A stretch of DNA of 64,000 bases from Candidatus Iainarchaeum sp. (GCA_018304425.1 JAGVWE010000006.1:3175-67174); one strand, 5' to 3'. Shown: positions 27,449-36,928, counted from the first letter of the stretch. Numbers and translations: made by a program. The notes: generated by a model not told the origin, from the sequence alone.

Positions 27449-27670
27449 GTGAAAGCGCATCAGATCGTGTTGGTCTTGGCCGCCTTCCTCCTCTTGGCTT
27501 ATGCCCATTTCGTTTTGACGCCAACGGAGCCAGGAGCCTCCTACAAGGCGGTTTCCTTGAACCCCAAGAAAACCACGTTGGAGCGTTGCCAGGGCCCGGG
27601 CCCCGAGTGCAACCTCGTGGAAGTCGAAGTCAAAAAAAGTAGTAGTGGGCGAGAAAGGCCAGCAGGATGA
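27449..27670 (+). CDS. small membrane-anchored hypothetical protein
   Basis: GTG about 26 nt after TTTAAAG. One TM helix and a Cys pair. Overlaps the convergent gene by 41 nt. Confidence 0.5.
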   Translation: MKAHQIVLVLAAFLLLAYAHFVLTPTEPGASYKAVSLNPKKTTLERCQGPGPECNLVEVEVKKSSSGRERPAG

Positions 27671-28835
27671 GGTAAGCGGGGCCATACAGATAGTGCGGGC
27701 TCCGCTTGAATCGTTCAGCGAATTGTTTCAAGCCGAGCAGGAAGAAGGCGGGGGCGAAGGGAATGAAGTCCAGCCAGCGCCGACCGTATTGGGCGAAACC
27801 CACTGGCACTTCGTAGGTGAGTTGCCAGAACACCATGACGGCAAAGACCGTGAGGCCGCCCAGCAGGAACGCCCGCTGGATTTGGCTGTGCGCCCGGAAG
27901 CGTGCAAGGAACAACGCGAAGCCCAGCAGGGAAGCCAGGGCCAGCAGGAACAAGGCCGCATAGAGCGCCGGGGGCGCGCTGAGTTTGGGGTCGAATTGGT
28001 TGAAGAAGTAAACGAACAAGCTGCGCAAGTAAGCCCCAATAGCGGCAGGCGTTTTTGGCACGAGTTCCAGGAAAACCGCGGTGGGCAATAAGTTTCCCGT
28101 GGATTGCTTGAAAAAAAGCATTAAGGCAAGGCTGGGAACCGCCACCACGGAGAGAAACAGCAGTCCCTGCTTGATGCCGCGCCCCCAGGCATTGGATTGA
28201 ACCTTGTTCTTGTACGCGAACAGGCTTACCGCCAGCGGAATGCTGGTAAGGGTAGTCAAATGCGTTAGGGCCAGGAGAATGGAGAGCACTGCAATGGCCA
28301 TCACTTTAGCGGTGGTGAACGCTTTTTGCCAGTTCCTGAGAAGCAGGTAGACGAGGAGGGGGTAGAGGAAGTAGACCAGGGCATAGTTGTTGGCGGTCGT
28401 GGAAAAGTAGACGTGCGTGGGCCACACGGCGAGAAACAACGCGGTTAAAATGGCAAAGGAGTGGCTGAACACTTGCTTGAGGGCATGGTAGCTGAAGGCG
28501 ATTCCGGCCACGCCAAGCAAAATGGAGAATAGCTTGAGCACCAGGAGTTGCTGGGGAAGCGCCAACGCCGTGGTCCAGAGCAGCAGGCTGGCGCCGACAA
28601 CGTAGTAGAGCGGGGGATGGAAGGCCATGATGTAGTCGCCGCCCTTTGCATTGTCCAGCGTAAAGAGGGTTTTCTCCAGGGCCACGTGCGTCATGTACTG
28701 GAGGCTCGAACCCTCATCCTGGTTGCCCACCATTTGGCCGACCTGGCTGAAGGGAAAGGGCAAAAGCGCGACCCGTAAGAGAAAAGCGAAGAAGAGGACA
28801 AGTGCAAGGGTTTTTTGCTCCCGGGTCAAAGACAT
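27630..28835 (-). CDS. GT-C membrane glycosyltransferase, paralog of 18339..19619
   Basis: NQDEG...HVALEK...HPPLYY and YGRRW, matching GFDE...HFVLEK...QPPLYF and EGRRL. Confidence 0.8.
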   Translation of the reverse strand: MSLTREQKTLALVLFFAFLLRVALLPFPFSQVGQMVGNQDEGSSLQYMTHVALEKTLFTLDNAKGGDYIMAFHPPLYYVVGASLLLWTTALALPQQLLVLKLFSILLGVAGIAFSYHALKQVFSHSFAILTALFLAVWPTHVYFSTTANNYALVYFLYPLLVYLLLRNWQKAFTTAKVMAIAVLSILLALTHLTTLTSIPLAVSLFAYKNKVQSNAWGRGIKQGLLFLSVVAVPSLALMLFFKQSTGNLLPTAVFLELVPKTPAAIGAYLRSLFVYFFNQFDPKLSAPPALYAALFLLALASLLGFALFLARFRAHSQIQRAFLLGGLTVFAVMVFWQLTYEVPVGFAQYGRRWLDFIPFAPAFFLLGLKQFAERFKRSPHYLYGPAYLILLAFLAHYYFF

Positions 28836-28890
28836 GCTGCATTATTGGGAGGTTTTACATTTAAAAAGCCAAGGGCACGAAAGCCACGCG

Positions 28891-30189
28891 TTATTTTTTG
28901 AGCAGGGAAACGATTTGCAATACCACGATGACTGCTCCTATCACTACTAGGACGAGGACTAATGGAGAGGACCAGAGGTCTTGGGTGGGGGGAGGGGTTG
29001 CTTGGCCGCCGACGACTTTGAGGCAGATGCCGCCCTGGCAGCTGGCGCCTTCCGCGCACTTGGTGCCGTCGATGGCGGCCGCGTACGCGCAGGCATTGTC
29101 TTTACAGAGGTCAATGGTGCAGGGGTTGTTGTCGTTGCAGGAAAGGCCGCCGCAGAGTGCTTGGCTGACGACTAGTTGCTTGCCAGGGAGCTCCGCGGTT
29201 TCCTTTTCCTCAACCGGGACGGTTTCCTTGGTCTCGGCAGGCTCCGGGGAAGCAGGTTCGCTTGCCGCTGCGCCTTCGCACGCGCCTTCCCTACATACAC
29301 CCACGCTGCAGGCGATGCCGTTCGGCAGGGGCCCAGTCACGCATTGGCCTTCAAAGCAGCCGTCGGCCGTGCACTCGTTGCCGTCGTCGCAAACGATGTT
29401 CTCACAGGAGGGCTTTGCGCCTGAGTCGTCGAACAAGGCGTAGGGGGTTTCGGCTGCGTTCACCGTGAAGGTCACCGAATTGGTTATATGGTTTAGAACG
29501 AAACCGCTGATTTCCTGCCAGGAATCGTTCTTGAATTTGAATGGCTTGATGGTTTTTTCGCTGACCTTGACCTGGCTCTCATCATAATTGAGTGTGATGG
29601 TGGGCTGCACGCTGCCTTGAATGGAAATTTCGTAGCCAGTCAGGAAATGCCACTCCGGGGCCATAGAATCCAGTTCCGGCAGGGCCGTGGTTATTTTTTC
29701 TATTTTTCCCAATTGTGCCTTGGTTTCCTTTTCGCTGGAAAGCGCAATCTGCAAATCCGAGCCGAAAATCAGGATTTGCGGCTTGGTGGGGCTCACCGAA
29801 ACTTCTTTTATGCCGGCTTCGATAGCCTGCTGGGCGGATATTTCCACAGGCACCGACAAATCAAGTTTCAGGCTGGCTCCATTGTCGAACTTGATGGTTT
29901 CATTCGCTTTAATGCCGTTTACAAAAAACTCTACCGTCGTATTCCGTCGCACACCATCTGGGTCACGGATGAAAAACAAGGCCGGGCTATAGCCATATTT
30001 GCTTTGGTACACGCCGCCATTGGCGACTTCCTGTCCATCGATGCGCGCCGAGACCAGCATACCGTCCAGGGCAGGGCCGTTCAAGAATTTGACTTCCCCG
30101 AAGTATTGGGCCGGCACGCCCGGAATGGCGTATGCGAGGCCAAAAAAGAATAATACCAACGCCAAGGGCAGGAGGTGCTTGATATTCAT
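28891..30189 (-). CDS. secreted, C-terminally anchored surface protein with Cys-rich repeats
   Basis: AGGTG RBS, signal peptide, Ig-like N-domain, PGF-pre-PGF-like region, two C[DN]D[GN]NxCTxDxC repeats, TM helix plus KK. Confidence 0.85.
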   Translation of the reverse strand: MNIKHLLPLALVLFFFGLAYAIPGVPAQYFGEVKFLNGPALDGMLVSARIDGQEVANGGVYQSKYGYSPALFFIRDPDGVRRNTTVEFFVNGIKANETIKFDNGASLKLDLSVPVEISAQQAIEAGIKEVSVSPTKPQILIFGSDLQIALSSEKETKAQLGKIEKITTALPELDSMAPEWHFLTGYEISIQGSVQPTITLNYDESQVKVSEKTIKPFKFKNDSWQEISGFVLNHITNSVTFTVNAAETPYALFDDSGAKPSCENIVCDDGNECTADGCFEGQCVTGPLPNGIACSVGVCREGACEGAAASEPASPEPAETKETVPVEEKETAELPGKQLVVSQALCGGLSCNDNNPCTIDLCKDNACAYAAAIDGTKCAEGASCQGGICLKVVGGQATPPPTQDLWSSPLVLVLVVIGAVIVVLQIVSLLKK

Positions 30190-30198
30190 ATGCGCACC

Positions 30199-32571
30199 TT
30201 AGACGGCAGGGCAGACCGAGGTTGGCACGGGTGCATAGATGTAGGCGTTGGCGACCAGTCCTGAAGTAAGTCCTGGGATGAGGAACCAGTAGCCCTTTCC
30301 GTCCTGTAGTTTGCTGCTGACTAAGTCGCCTACCGAGGTGAGAGTTGAACCAGTATAGGTCAGCAACTGCGTCCACGGGATGCGGAGGATGCCATCGCTG
30401 CCGTTGTTTACGATTCTGCCCAAAACGCATCTTACGGTCTGGTCAACTGAATTGTAGTGGCCGATGAGGTTCCACCCGAAGTTCAAGCGCCTGCTGGGGA
30501 ACGTGTTGGGGCCCTGCAGGAACAAGCTACCTGAACCGCTTAACGTGTTAGCGTCAGCCATGTTCACCCAGTAGCCGTAACCGGCCGTCATGGAACTGAG
30601 GCAACCGGCAGAAGCGGCACTGCACGGATTGGCTGGGTTGAAGGAACGCCAGCCGTCCACGGCATTGGAGTCAAAGGAGTCATAACTCCAAACCGATGTG
30701 ACGTCGCTTAAAATCGAGGCCAAGACCTTGGAGATGTTGGTGTCGGCTGGCACTTCAGGCAACGAGGCCAGGTTCCACCCAGCAGACAAACTGAGACTAT
30801 AGGCGTTTGCAGTCGTGAAATTCCATTCTTTTTGTTCCGCCAAAGCATTGCTGGCCGAATCCGTTACCGTGGTCTTCACTCGCACGGTGTAGGTGGTGCC
30901 AGTATTCAAATCGGGGCTTGGGTCAAAGGTGGCCACATTGTTGTTCGCGTTGAGCGTAATCGTGCCAGCTATGAGGCTCACGCCATTGTTCACGTCGATG
31001 CCGTTTTGGACGCTGCTCGCGTTCATGGCCTCGCTGAACGTAACCACGATGTTGGCCGTGGAAGCCACGCCCTGCTGACCTTCAAATGGGCTGACGGAGG
31101 TAATCGTTGGAGGCGTGGTGTCGCTCACGGTTTCAATCCATAGCTTTCCAATGGCGCTACCGTTTCCAGCCAGGTCAGAGGCATTGAAGTCATATTGGAT
31201 GTTTCCGTCAACCGTCTGGAAGATGTAATGTGTTCCGCCAGAAACCGTGTTGAAATCGCTTGTCGAATACCTATAATAGCTCGTCATGTTGACGCCGGAA
31301 GTGGCATCGGTGCACGTCAGCGTGACTTTCTGTGGCGGGGCCGCCCAAGAATAATCGCTACTGTCCTGCGCCGTACTGGAGCCATCGTTGACGTTTACGT
31401 CAATGAAATAATTGCCGTCAGTTACGTTTGGACTTACCGTATTCCACGCATAGTTCACGTCATATTGTCTAGACGTGTTGCCGTCAAAGTTAAATATAGT
31501 CACATTGTTTTTGTCTAGATTCGTGACCTGGAATGAATTCACGTAAGTGTCATAGCCTCCACCTTGCCTTGCAGTCGCTCCGAAAAATCCACGTGTGCCC
31601 CACTTAAGCGCAACATTCAAACTCCCCAAATAGTTCCAGTCCGTTCCTGTGTCCCCCCAGTAAAACTCAAGGTTGTTACCGTCATGGTAAGTCGACGAAT
31701 TATGCTCGTTCACGATTAGCTTCAAGTACACCGCTTTGTTGTAATCCCATCCACCGCCATTTGCAATAAAACCACCCGTGACCGATTTAATCACCGTATA
31801 AGTACTTTGGTTTCCACCGGACGCAGTCCAATCGAGTTTACGCAAAGCAAATTCAAGGGAGCCATACCCATTATAGGTGGTAGCTTGGAAGGCATATCCG
31901 TTTTTCTTGGCATCATCCTTTCCCCCAGCAAAGAAAATACCAGCACTATTGAGGGCGTGGTTTGAAAGCGAGGAACTGTCAGGCCTAACCTTCATCACAT
32001 ATTCTGCGCTGGCTATGTTGAAATCCTCTGTGAAGGGCGTGAAAACCACGATGGCGTGCCCACCATGCCCGGTGTTATTGCACGGTCCTGCGCTCACATT
32101 ACCATCATCACCACCGAGATAAAGCGCATTTCCCGAACCAGGCATTGAAACCCGGCGCGCATTTCCACAATCATATTGGTATGTTTTGTCAGAAAAGTTT
32201 GAGTTGGAGTCAACAGCATTAAAGTCTTGGAACCAAGTCTTGTTCAAGCCCACATTGAAGTCTTGTGAGATTAGGTTTTGCCGCGTGCCAGCAGTTGACG
32301 AATAATAGAGGCTTGCGCTTAACTCAGCACTTGGATTGCTACCTGCATCGAGCTTAAAATTGACTGGGTGCGTAGGATTTCTAGAAGCGATGTAAATGCC
32401 GGGTGTGTTGGGGGAACTGACGGTAACCGCTGCATAAACAAATCCGATGAATAAAATTGTGAATAGCGCAACCCCTAGGTCCCTTGAGACTTTGATTTTC
32501 CCCCACCTTAGTGCCAATGTGAACAGCAAAGCGAATAAAAGGGGATTGGTTGGTGCTGGAATATAAGACAT
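30199..32571 (-). CDS. large secreted surface (S-layer-like) protein with an SbsA/Big_5 Ig-like domain
   Basis: Signal peptide. DTTPPTITSVSP...VTFSEAMN...TFDP...YTV Ig domain and two GWNL...GYW repeats. Start uncertain (ATG 32571 or ATC 32496). Confidence 0.85.
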   Translation of the reverse strand: MSYIPAPTNPLLFALLFTLALRWGKIKVSRDLGVALFTILFIGFVYAAVTVSSPNTPGIYIASRNPTHPVNFKLDAGSNPSAELSASLYYSSTAGTRQNLISQDFNVGLNKTWFQDFNAVDSNSNFSDKTYQYDCGNARRVSMPGSGNALYLGGDDGNVSAGPCNNTGHGGHAIVVFTPFTEDFNIASAEYVMKVRPDSSSLSNHALNSAGIFFAGGKDDAKKNGYAFQATTYNGYGSLEFALRKLDWTASGGNQSTYTVIKSVTGGFIANGGGWDYNKAVYLKLIVNEHNSSTYHDGNNLEFYWGDTGTDWNYLGSLNVALKWGTRGFFGATARQGGGYDTYVNSFQVTNLDKNNVTIFNFDGNTSRQYDVNYAWNTVSPNVTDGNYFIDVNVNDGSSTAQDSSDYSWAAPPQKVTLTCTDATSGVNMTSYYRYSTSDFNTVSGGTHYIFQTVDGNIQYDFNASDLAGNGSAIGKLWIETVSDTTPPTITSVSPFEGQQGVASTANIVVTFSEAMNASSVQNGIDVNNGVSLIAGTITLNANNNVATFDPSPDLNTGTTYTVRVKTTVTDSASNALAEQKEWNFTTANAYSLSLSAGWNLASLPEVPADTNISKVLASILSDVTSVWSYDSFDSNAVDGWRSFNPANPCSAASAGCLSSMTAGYGYWVNMADANTLSGSGSLFLQGPNTFPSRRLNFGWNLIGHYNSVDQTVRCVLGRIVNNGSDGILRIPWTQLLTYTGSTLTSVGDLVSSKLQDGKGYWFLIPGLTSGLVANAYIYAPVPTSVCPAV

Positions 32572-32638
32572 GTGAAAGGCATAAGCAACTTGGGGCAAAG
32601 GCAGAATAGTCGATGGAAAGATAAGTGCGAGCAAGTGG

Positions 32639-33385
32639 TTGCCGGCGTATTTTGACGTGCCAAATGACGACGCCTTGCTGAACCTGGGTTCGGGTTATGG
32701 TGCACAGAACGTGGTGTTCGGCCCGCTGGTCAAGCACATTGTGTGCGTGGACATCGCCAAGCACCGGCATCTGGAAGCGCGCACGAACGAGGCGCGGTTT
32801 GGGGTCAGGCACTGCGCGTACGTGGTGGCGGACGCCTGCCGTCTGCCATTGAAGAAAAATGCGTGCGCGAAAGCCATTGCCTGCGACGTTATCGAGCATG
32901 TGGATAACGTGCCGGCATTCTTGGCCGAAGCCCAGCGGGCGATGAAGCCGGGCGGCAAGCTGTTGTTGACGGTGCCAGCCTTGCACGAGTTCTATAAGGA
33001 CGTGTCCGGCTTCTTCGGCGACATCCTGCGTGCATTGAAGATTTTGAAACCAACTGAGACCACCCATGCAGACCTTCACAACCAGGTCCATTCGATGCAG
33101 GAATGGCTGCGGCTCGTTCGCGAAGCCGGATTCGAAGTCGAGGACGCACGAGCTTCCACGATGTTCCCGCCCCTTCACTGGTTTGGGGTGCCAAGGTTCT
33201 GGTCCTCGAACAAATGGGTGCGTGCAGTCGACGACTTCTTCTGCCGTCTGCCGGGGTTCAAATGGCTGGGCCAGGCGGCCGTGTTCGAGTTGAAAGCTGC
33301 TCAATCACAAGTGGGCAAGTTGGCTGGCGTTGTCGTGAACGCCAAGCCACAGAAGCCAAACGAATTTAAGGCGAACGCCCAATAA
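32639..33385 (+). CDS. class I SAM-dependent methyltransferase
   Basis: LNLGSGYG, ADACRLP, VIEHV, MKPGGKL. Start uncertain. Confidence 0.85.
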   Translation: MPAYFDVPNDDALLNLGSGYGAQNVVFGPLVKHIVCVDIAKHRHLEARTNEARFGVRHCAYVVADACRLPLKKNACAKAIACDVIEHVDNVPAFLAEAQRAMKPGGKLLLTVPALHEFYKDVSGFFGDILRALKILKPTETTHADLHNQVHSMQEWLRLVREAGFEVEDARASTMFPPLHWFGVPRFWSSNKWVRAVDDFFCRLPGFKWLGQAAVFELKAAQSQVGKLAGVVVNAKPQKPNEFKANAQ

Positions 33386-33395
33386 ATCCAGCAGT

Positions 33396-34859
33396 ATGCC
33401 CTATGAAAAAGTCTTGAAGGGGGCGTCACTGCTGACGCTCTCCAATTTTGTTGGCGGGATCCTGTCATTGGCTCAATTGATACTGGTTGCGAGGGTGCTT
33501 ACAATCACAGCGTTTGGAATATTTTCCCTTGTTACCGCCATTGCCCAGCTCGCTTCCGAACTTGTCCTTCCCGCCTTTTCACAGGCTGTCCTCACCCACT
33601 ATTCCAAATTCGCTTTACGGGGAAGGGGCGAGGTAAGCAAATTCATGGCCTCAACCATGCTTCTGACTATTGCCTGTTCCATAGTCGTAATGGGAACTCT
33701 TCTGCTTTTGTCTGGCTTTGTTGCGAACAATCTCTACAATGAACCGGCTATCTTGCCTTATCTGACTTTGGCGGCTTTCCTTGTTGTCCTTGTTCCTGCC
33801 AGCAACAATCTTGAAGCGTTTCTTCTGGCTATGGAACGCTTCAAAGCGTACTCCGCGCTCACGATTCTCCTGCCTCTAATGTCTCTTGTCCTGTCGGCTG
33901 CTGCCGCCATTGGAGGGCTTGGAATTACAGGGTTTGTTTTGGCCTTGGTAGTGTCCCAAGCAATCAACCTCGGCACCATCCTGCTGCTATTAAGGAACCA
34001 TTTCACGTTAAGGGGCCTTGAAATACCCCGGCAGACCATCAAGTTTTGGCTGCCCATTGGCGCCGGCGCCGTCGTTAAATCGGTGCAGGGAAGCCTGCCG
34101 GCGCTTATTATCGGAAAAATACTGGGCTTGGAGGCAGTGGCCTTCTATGGACTTGCCCGGAAGACGGCACAAATCGTCCCCTCCATTACAGACCCCTACA
34201 TTACCAGCATAACCGTTGTCTGCCTCAACGTTTACACCAGGGCGAGGAACAAATTTGATGACCTCCTTAACCTTGGAATAAAGCATTTGGCTGTTTTGGT
34301 TTTTTATTTGGCTGGCGCGTTTATTTTGTTGGCCGACAAAATCATTCTCCTCTTTTACGGCCAAAAATATGCTCCCATCATTTACGTGGCGATCTTCATT
34401 GCATTCGCTCTTGCGGTCATCCAGTCCGGCTTCTTTCTTAGAATCGTCTTGTTCCCAAGAAATGCATCAAAAGATTATCTAATGGCATCCATCCTCAGCC
34501 TCGTGGCCCAAGTTGCATTATTGTCAACCATGCCGCTTTACTTTGGTTTAAACGGTATAGGCTACAGCGAGCTGCTGCGTGGTGTAACCCTGTTCATGAT
34601 TGCCATGGCATTCGCGAAAAAACACGGCCAGCAGATTAAGGTCAGCAATATCTTAATTCCAATGGGGTTGTGCCTGGCATTGCTCGGACTGGTGGGTCTG
34701 CTGCCAGTCAACGAAATATTGGCAGCCGCCTCCTTTACCGCCCTATATTCGCTGTTCCTCATTGGCACGGGCTTCATCAGCTATGCGGAGTTGAAGAAAA
34801 CCCTCGCAACGGCCTTCCGGAAACTTACAGGGAATGGTTTCCCTCCCACACCCTATTAA
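33396..34859 (+). CDS. Wzx/MOP-family oligosaccharide flippase
   Basis: Polytopic protein. ARVLTITAFGIFS, GLEAVAFY, LLFYGQKY. Confidence 0.88.
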   Translation: MPYEKVLKGASLLTLSNFVGGILSLAQLILVARVLTITAFGIFSLVTAIAQLASELVLPAFSQAVLTHYSKFALRGRGEVSKFMASTMLLTIACSIVVMGTLLLLSGFVANNLYNEPAILPYLTLAAFLVVLVPASNNLEAFLLAMERFKAYSALTILLPLMSLVLSAAAAIGGLGITGFVLALVVSQAINLGTILLLLRNHFTLRGLEIPRQTIKFWLPIGAGAVVKSVQGSLPALIIGKILGLEAVAFYGLARKTAQIVPSITDPYITSITVVCLNVYTRARNKFDDLLNLGIKHLAVLVFYLAGAFILLADKIILLFYGQKYAPIIYVAIFIAFALAVIQSGFFLRIVLFPRNASKDYLMASILSLVAQVALLSTMPLYFGLNGIGYSELLRGVTLFMIAMAFAKKHGQQIKVSNILIPMGLCLALLGLVGLLPVNEILAAASFTALYSLFLIGTGFISYAELKKTLATAFRKLTGNGFPPTPY

Positions 34860-34862
34860 GCC

Positions 34863-36002
34863 TCACATCACGGATTCGTATACTTCCAGCGTCTTCTTGG
34901 CAATGACCCCCCAATCATGGTTTTTGACCACGTATTCCCTTGCCGCCCTTCCCAGCCTCGATTTCCTGGCATCATCGCCCAGCAGGCCAGCAATGGCCTC
35001 GGAAAGGGCATTAATTTTTTCAACCGGCAAAGAAGCCGGCGGCAGATAATTGGATGCATGGGAGTCAAACAAATCCACCAGCATGCCACGCTCGTCGTCG
35101 CCCAGCAAGCCAGGGAAAGCACCCACCGCACTTGCAACCACTGCCTTCTGCATGGACATGGCCTCCAAACAACTTAGGCTCGTGGACTCCGCGCTTGAAG
35201 GAAACACCACGACATCGGCTTGAGCAAAAAACGGGGTCAGGTCTTCGTTTTGGATTGCGCCCCTGAAAGAAACATGCTCGTTCACACCCAACTCAAGGAC
35301 TCTTTGCTTGAGGCTTGCCGCAAGCGGGCCATCCCCGATAATCACGAAACGGGTTTCCGGGGCTTCCCGCAAAATCCCGGGAATAGCTTCCACGAGGAAC
35401 TGGATACCCGTTTTCGGCACCAGCCTCCGCACAGCCAAAACAATTCTTTCAGAAGAAGCCTTCCGAGCCTGGTTCCGTGGAGGGGCAAAGAGGGCAGTGT
35501 CCACTCCATTGGGGATGTCGAACACCTTTTCCTTTGGTGCGAACCTTTGAGCCACCCCGGTTAATTCCGGGCTGGTGGAGATAATGGCGTCAGCGGCTTC
35601 CAATGAATAACGCCGGAAAAATTTGTACGTCAGGCGATTGAAGAATGGATAATACTCACGGTCAAGGGTTCCCAAGCCATGAAGCGTCAGGACCAGGGGC
35701 AGGCGAAGTTTTTTGCACACGGGCACGGCCATTGCGCTGAGCCGATGCGAGTAATGGGAGTGGACGAGGTTGGCTTCCGAGCAGAAACCTGTGAGTTTTT
35801 GGTGGTGGTTGAGCAGGCCCTGTAGGCTTGGCTTCCACGGCACTCGAGTAACCGGAAAATCGGAGGGACAGTCTTCGATGGTGTTGGTGAAAAGTCGAAT
35901 GTCATGGTTGAGCTTCAATAACTCGCGGGTGAGATAGTAAATGTGCAGCTCTGCTCCGCCAATGAGGGGCAAATAGCTTTCCGCCAGCATGGAAACCTTC
36001 AT
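34863..36002 (-). CDS. GT4 glycosyltransferase
   Basis: GGAE, TLHG, PNGVD, RRLVPKTG, GDGP, ESTSLSCLEAM. Confidence 0.93.
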   Translation of the reverse strand: MKVSMLAESYLPLIGGAELHIYYLTRELLKLNHDIRLFTNTIEDCPSDFPVTRVPWKPSLQGLLNHHQKLTGFCSEANLVHSHYSHRLSAMAVPVCKKLRLPLVLTLHGLGTLDREYYPFFNRLTYKFFRRYSLEAADAIISTSPELTGVAQRFAPKEKVFDIPNGVDTALFAPPRNQARKASSERIVLAVRRLVPKTGIQFLVEAIPGILREAPETRFVIIGDGPLAASLKQRVLELGVNEHVSFRGAIQNEDLTPFFAQADVVVFPSSAESTSLSCLEAMSMQKAVVASAVGAFPGLLGDDERGMLVDLFDSHASNYLPPASLPVEKINALSEAIAGLLGDDARKSRLGRAAREYVVKNHDWGVIAKKTLEVYESVM

Positions 36003-36928
36003 TTTCCCACTCCTGCCACGCGATTCTGTTTTTTCAGGACGAGGTGCATGATATACCCGTCAGCTGGAAACAACAAGGAAAATAGGGAAGCAAAAAGCCT
36101 AAGCAGGCCCTGGCTGTCGTCCGCCTTGCAAAAAAAATTCTTGGTCAACTGATACTCCACAATGCATTCATTATTCAAGCCAGACACAAGGTTTTCGACC
36201 AAGAATCCTCTGCCCTTGTCCAGCTTTCCAGCGGCTGTGGGGGAATGAATATCCACCAATGCTTGAATTTCGGCATCGGTAAGCGTTTTTGGCAGGGAAA
36301 GCCTGGTTTGAATCGCGGCACGAAACCTATCGTAAATGCTGCGACCCTTTTTCCCCTGCCTGGGCCTAACCTCGGCTGCCAGCCCCCGGGCATAGCCTAC
36401 AAGCCTTGAAAAGGCCACCAGCAACCCATTTTGGGAAAAGCGCTTGTTGGGCTCATGTAGGATAAACAGTCTGCCTCCCTCTTTTAAGACCCGGCTGGCT
36501 TCTTGCAGAGACCGCCCATAGTCAGGCAAATGATGCAACACCGAAAATAAAATGATGGCATCAAAAGACCGGGAGGCAAAAGGCAAATAATCCGCGTCCA
36601 GTTTTACGAACGAAATACCTGTGGAAAAACCTTTGACCTGTTTTTCCCTGCTTTTTTTCAGCATTTGCAGGGAAATATCCCCGCAGATTAAGGCAGACCC
36701 CGTCGGGCGGCAGGCGTTGAGGGTGCTTGGCACAAAACCAGTGCCACTGCCAATGTCGAGTATAACCTGCTTGGCGGCGCCGGCAAAGAACCTCGAAAAA
36801 ATGTCTTGTGCGGTTTTCTTTTCCCCGACAAAAATCTCGTCATGGCTGCAATCATACGCATCTGCTTCGATGTCGTGAAACACCTCGTTAATCACCTTTA
36901 TTTCCGCGTCACTAAAATCCAAAACCAT
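35999..36928 (-). CDS. class I SAM-dependent methyltransferase
   Basis: ILDIGSGTG, LPFASRSFD, VLHHLPD, RVLKEGG, HEP. GAGGGG RBS before ATG 36928. Confidence 0.9.
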   Translation of the reverse strand: MVLDFSDAEIKVINEVFHDIEADAYDCSHDEIFVGEKKTAQDIFSRFFAGAAKQVILDIGSGTGFVPSTLNACRPTGSALICGDISLQMLKKSREKQVKGFSTGISFVKLDADYLPFASRSFDAIILFSVLHHLPDYGRSLQEASRVLKEGGRLFILHEPNKRFSQNGLLVAFSRLVGYARGLAAEVRPRQGKKGRSIYDRFRAAIQTRLSLPKTLTDAEIQALVDIHSPTAAGKLDKGRGFLVENLVSGLNNECIVEYQLTKNFFCKADDSQGLLRLFASLFSLLFPADGYIMHLVLKKQNRVAGVGK

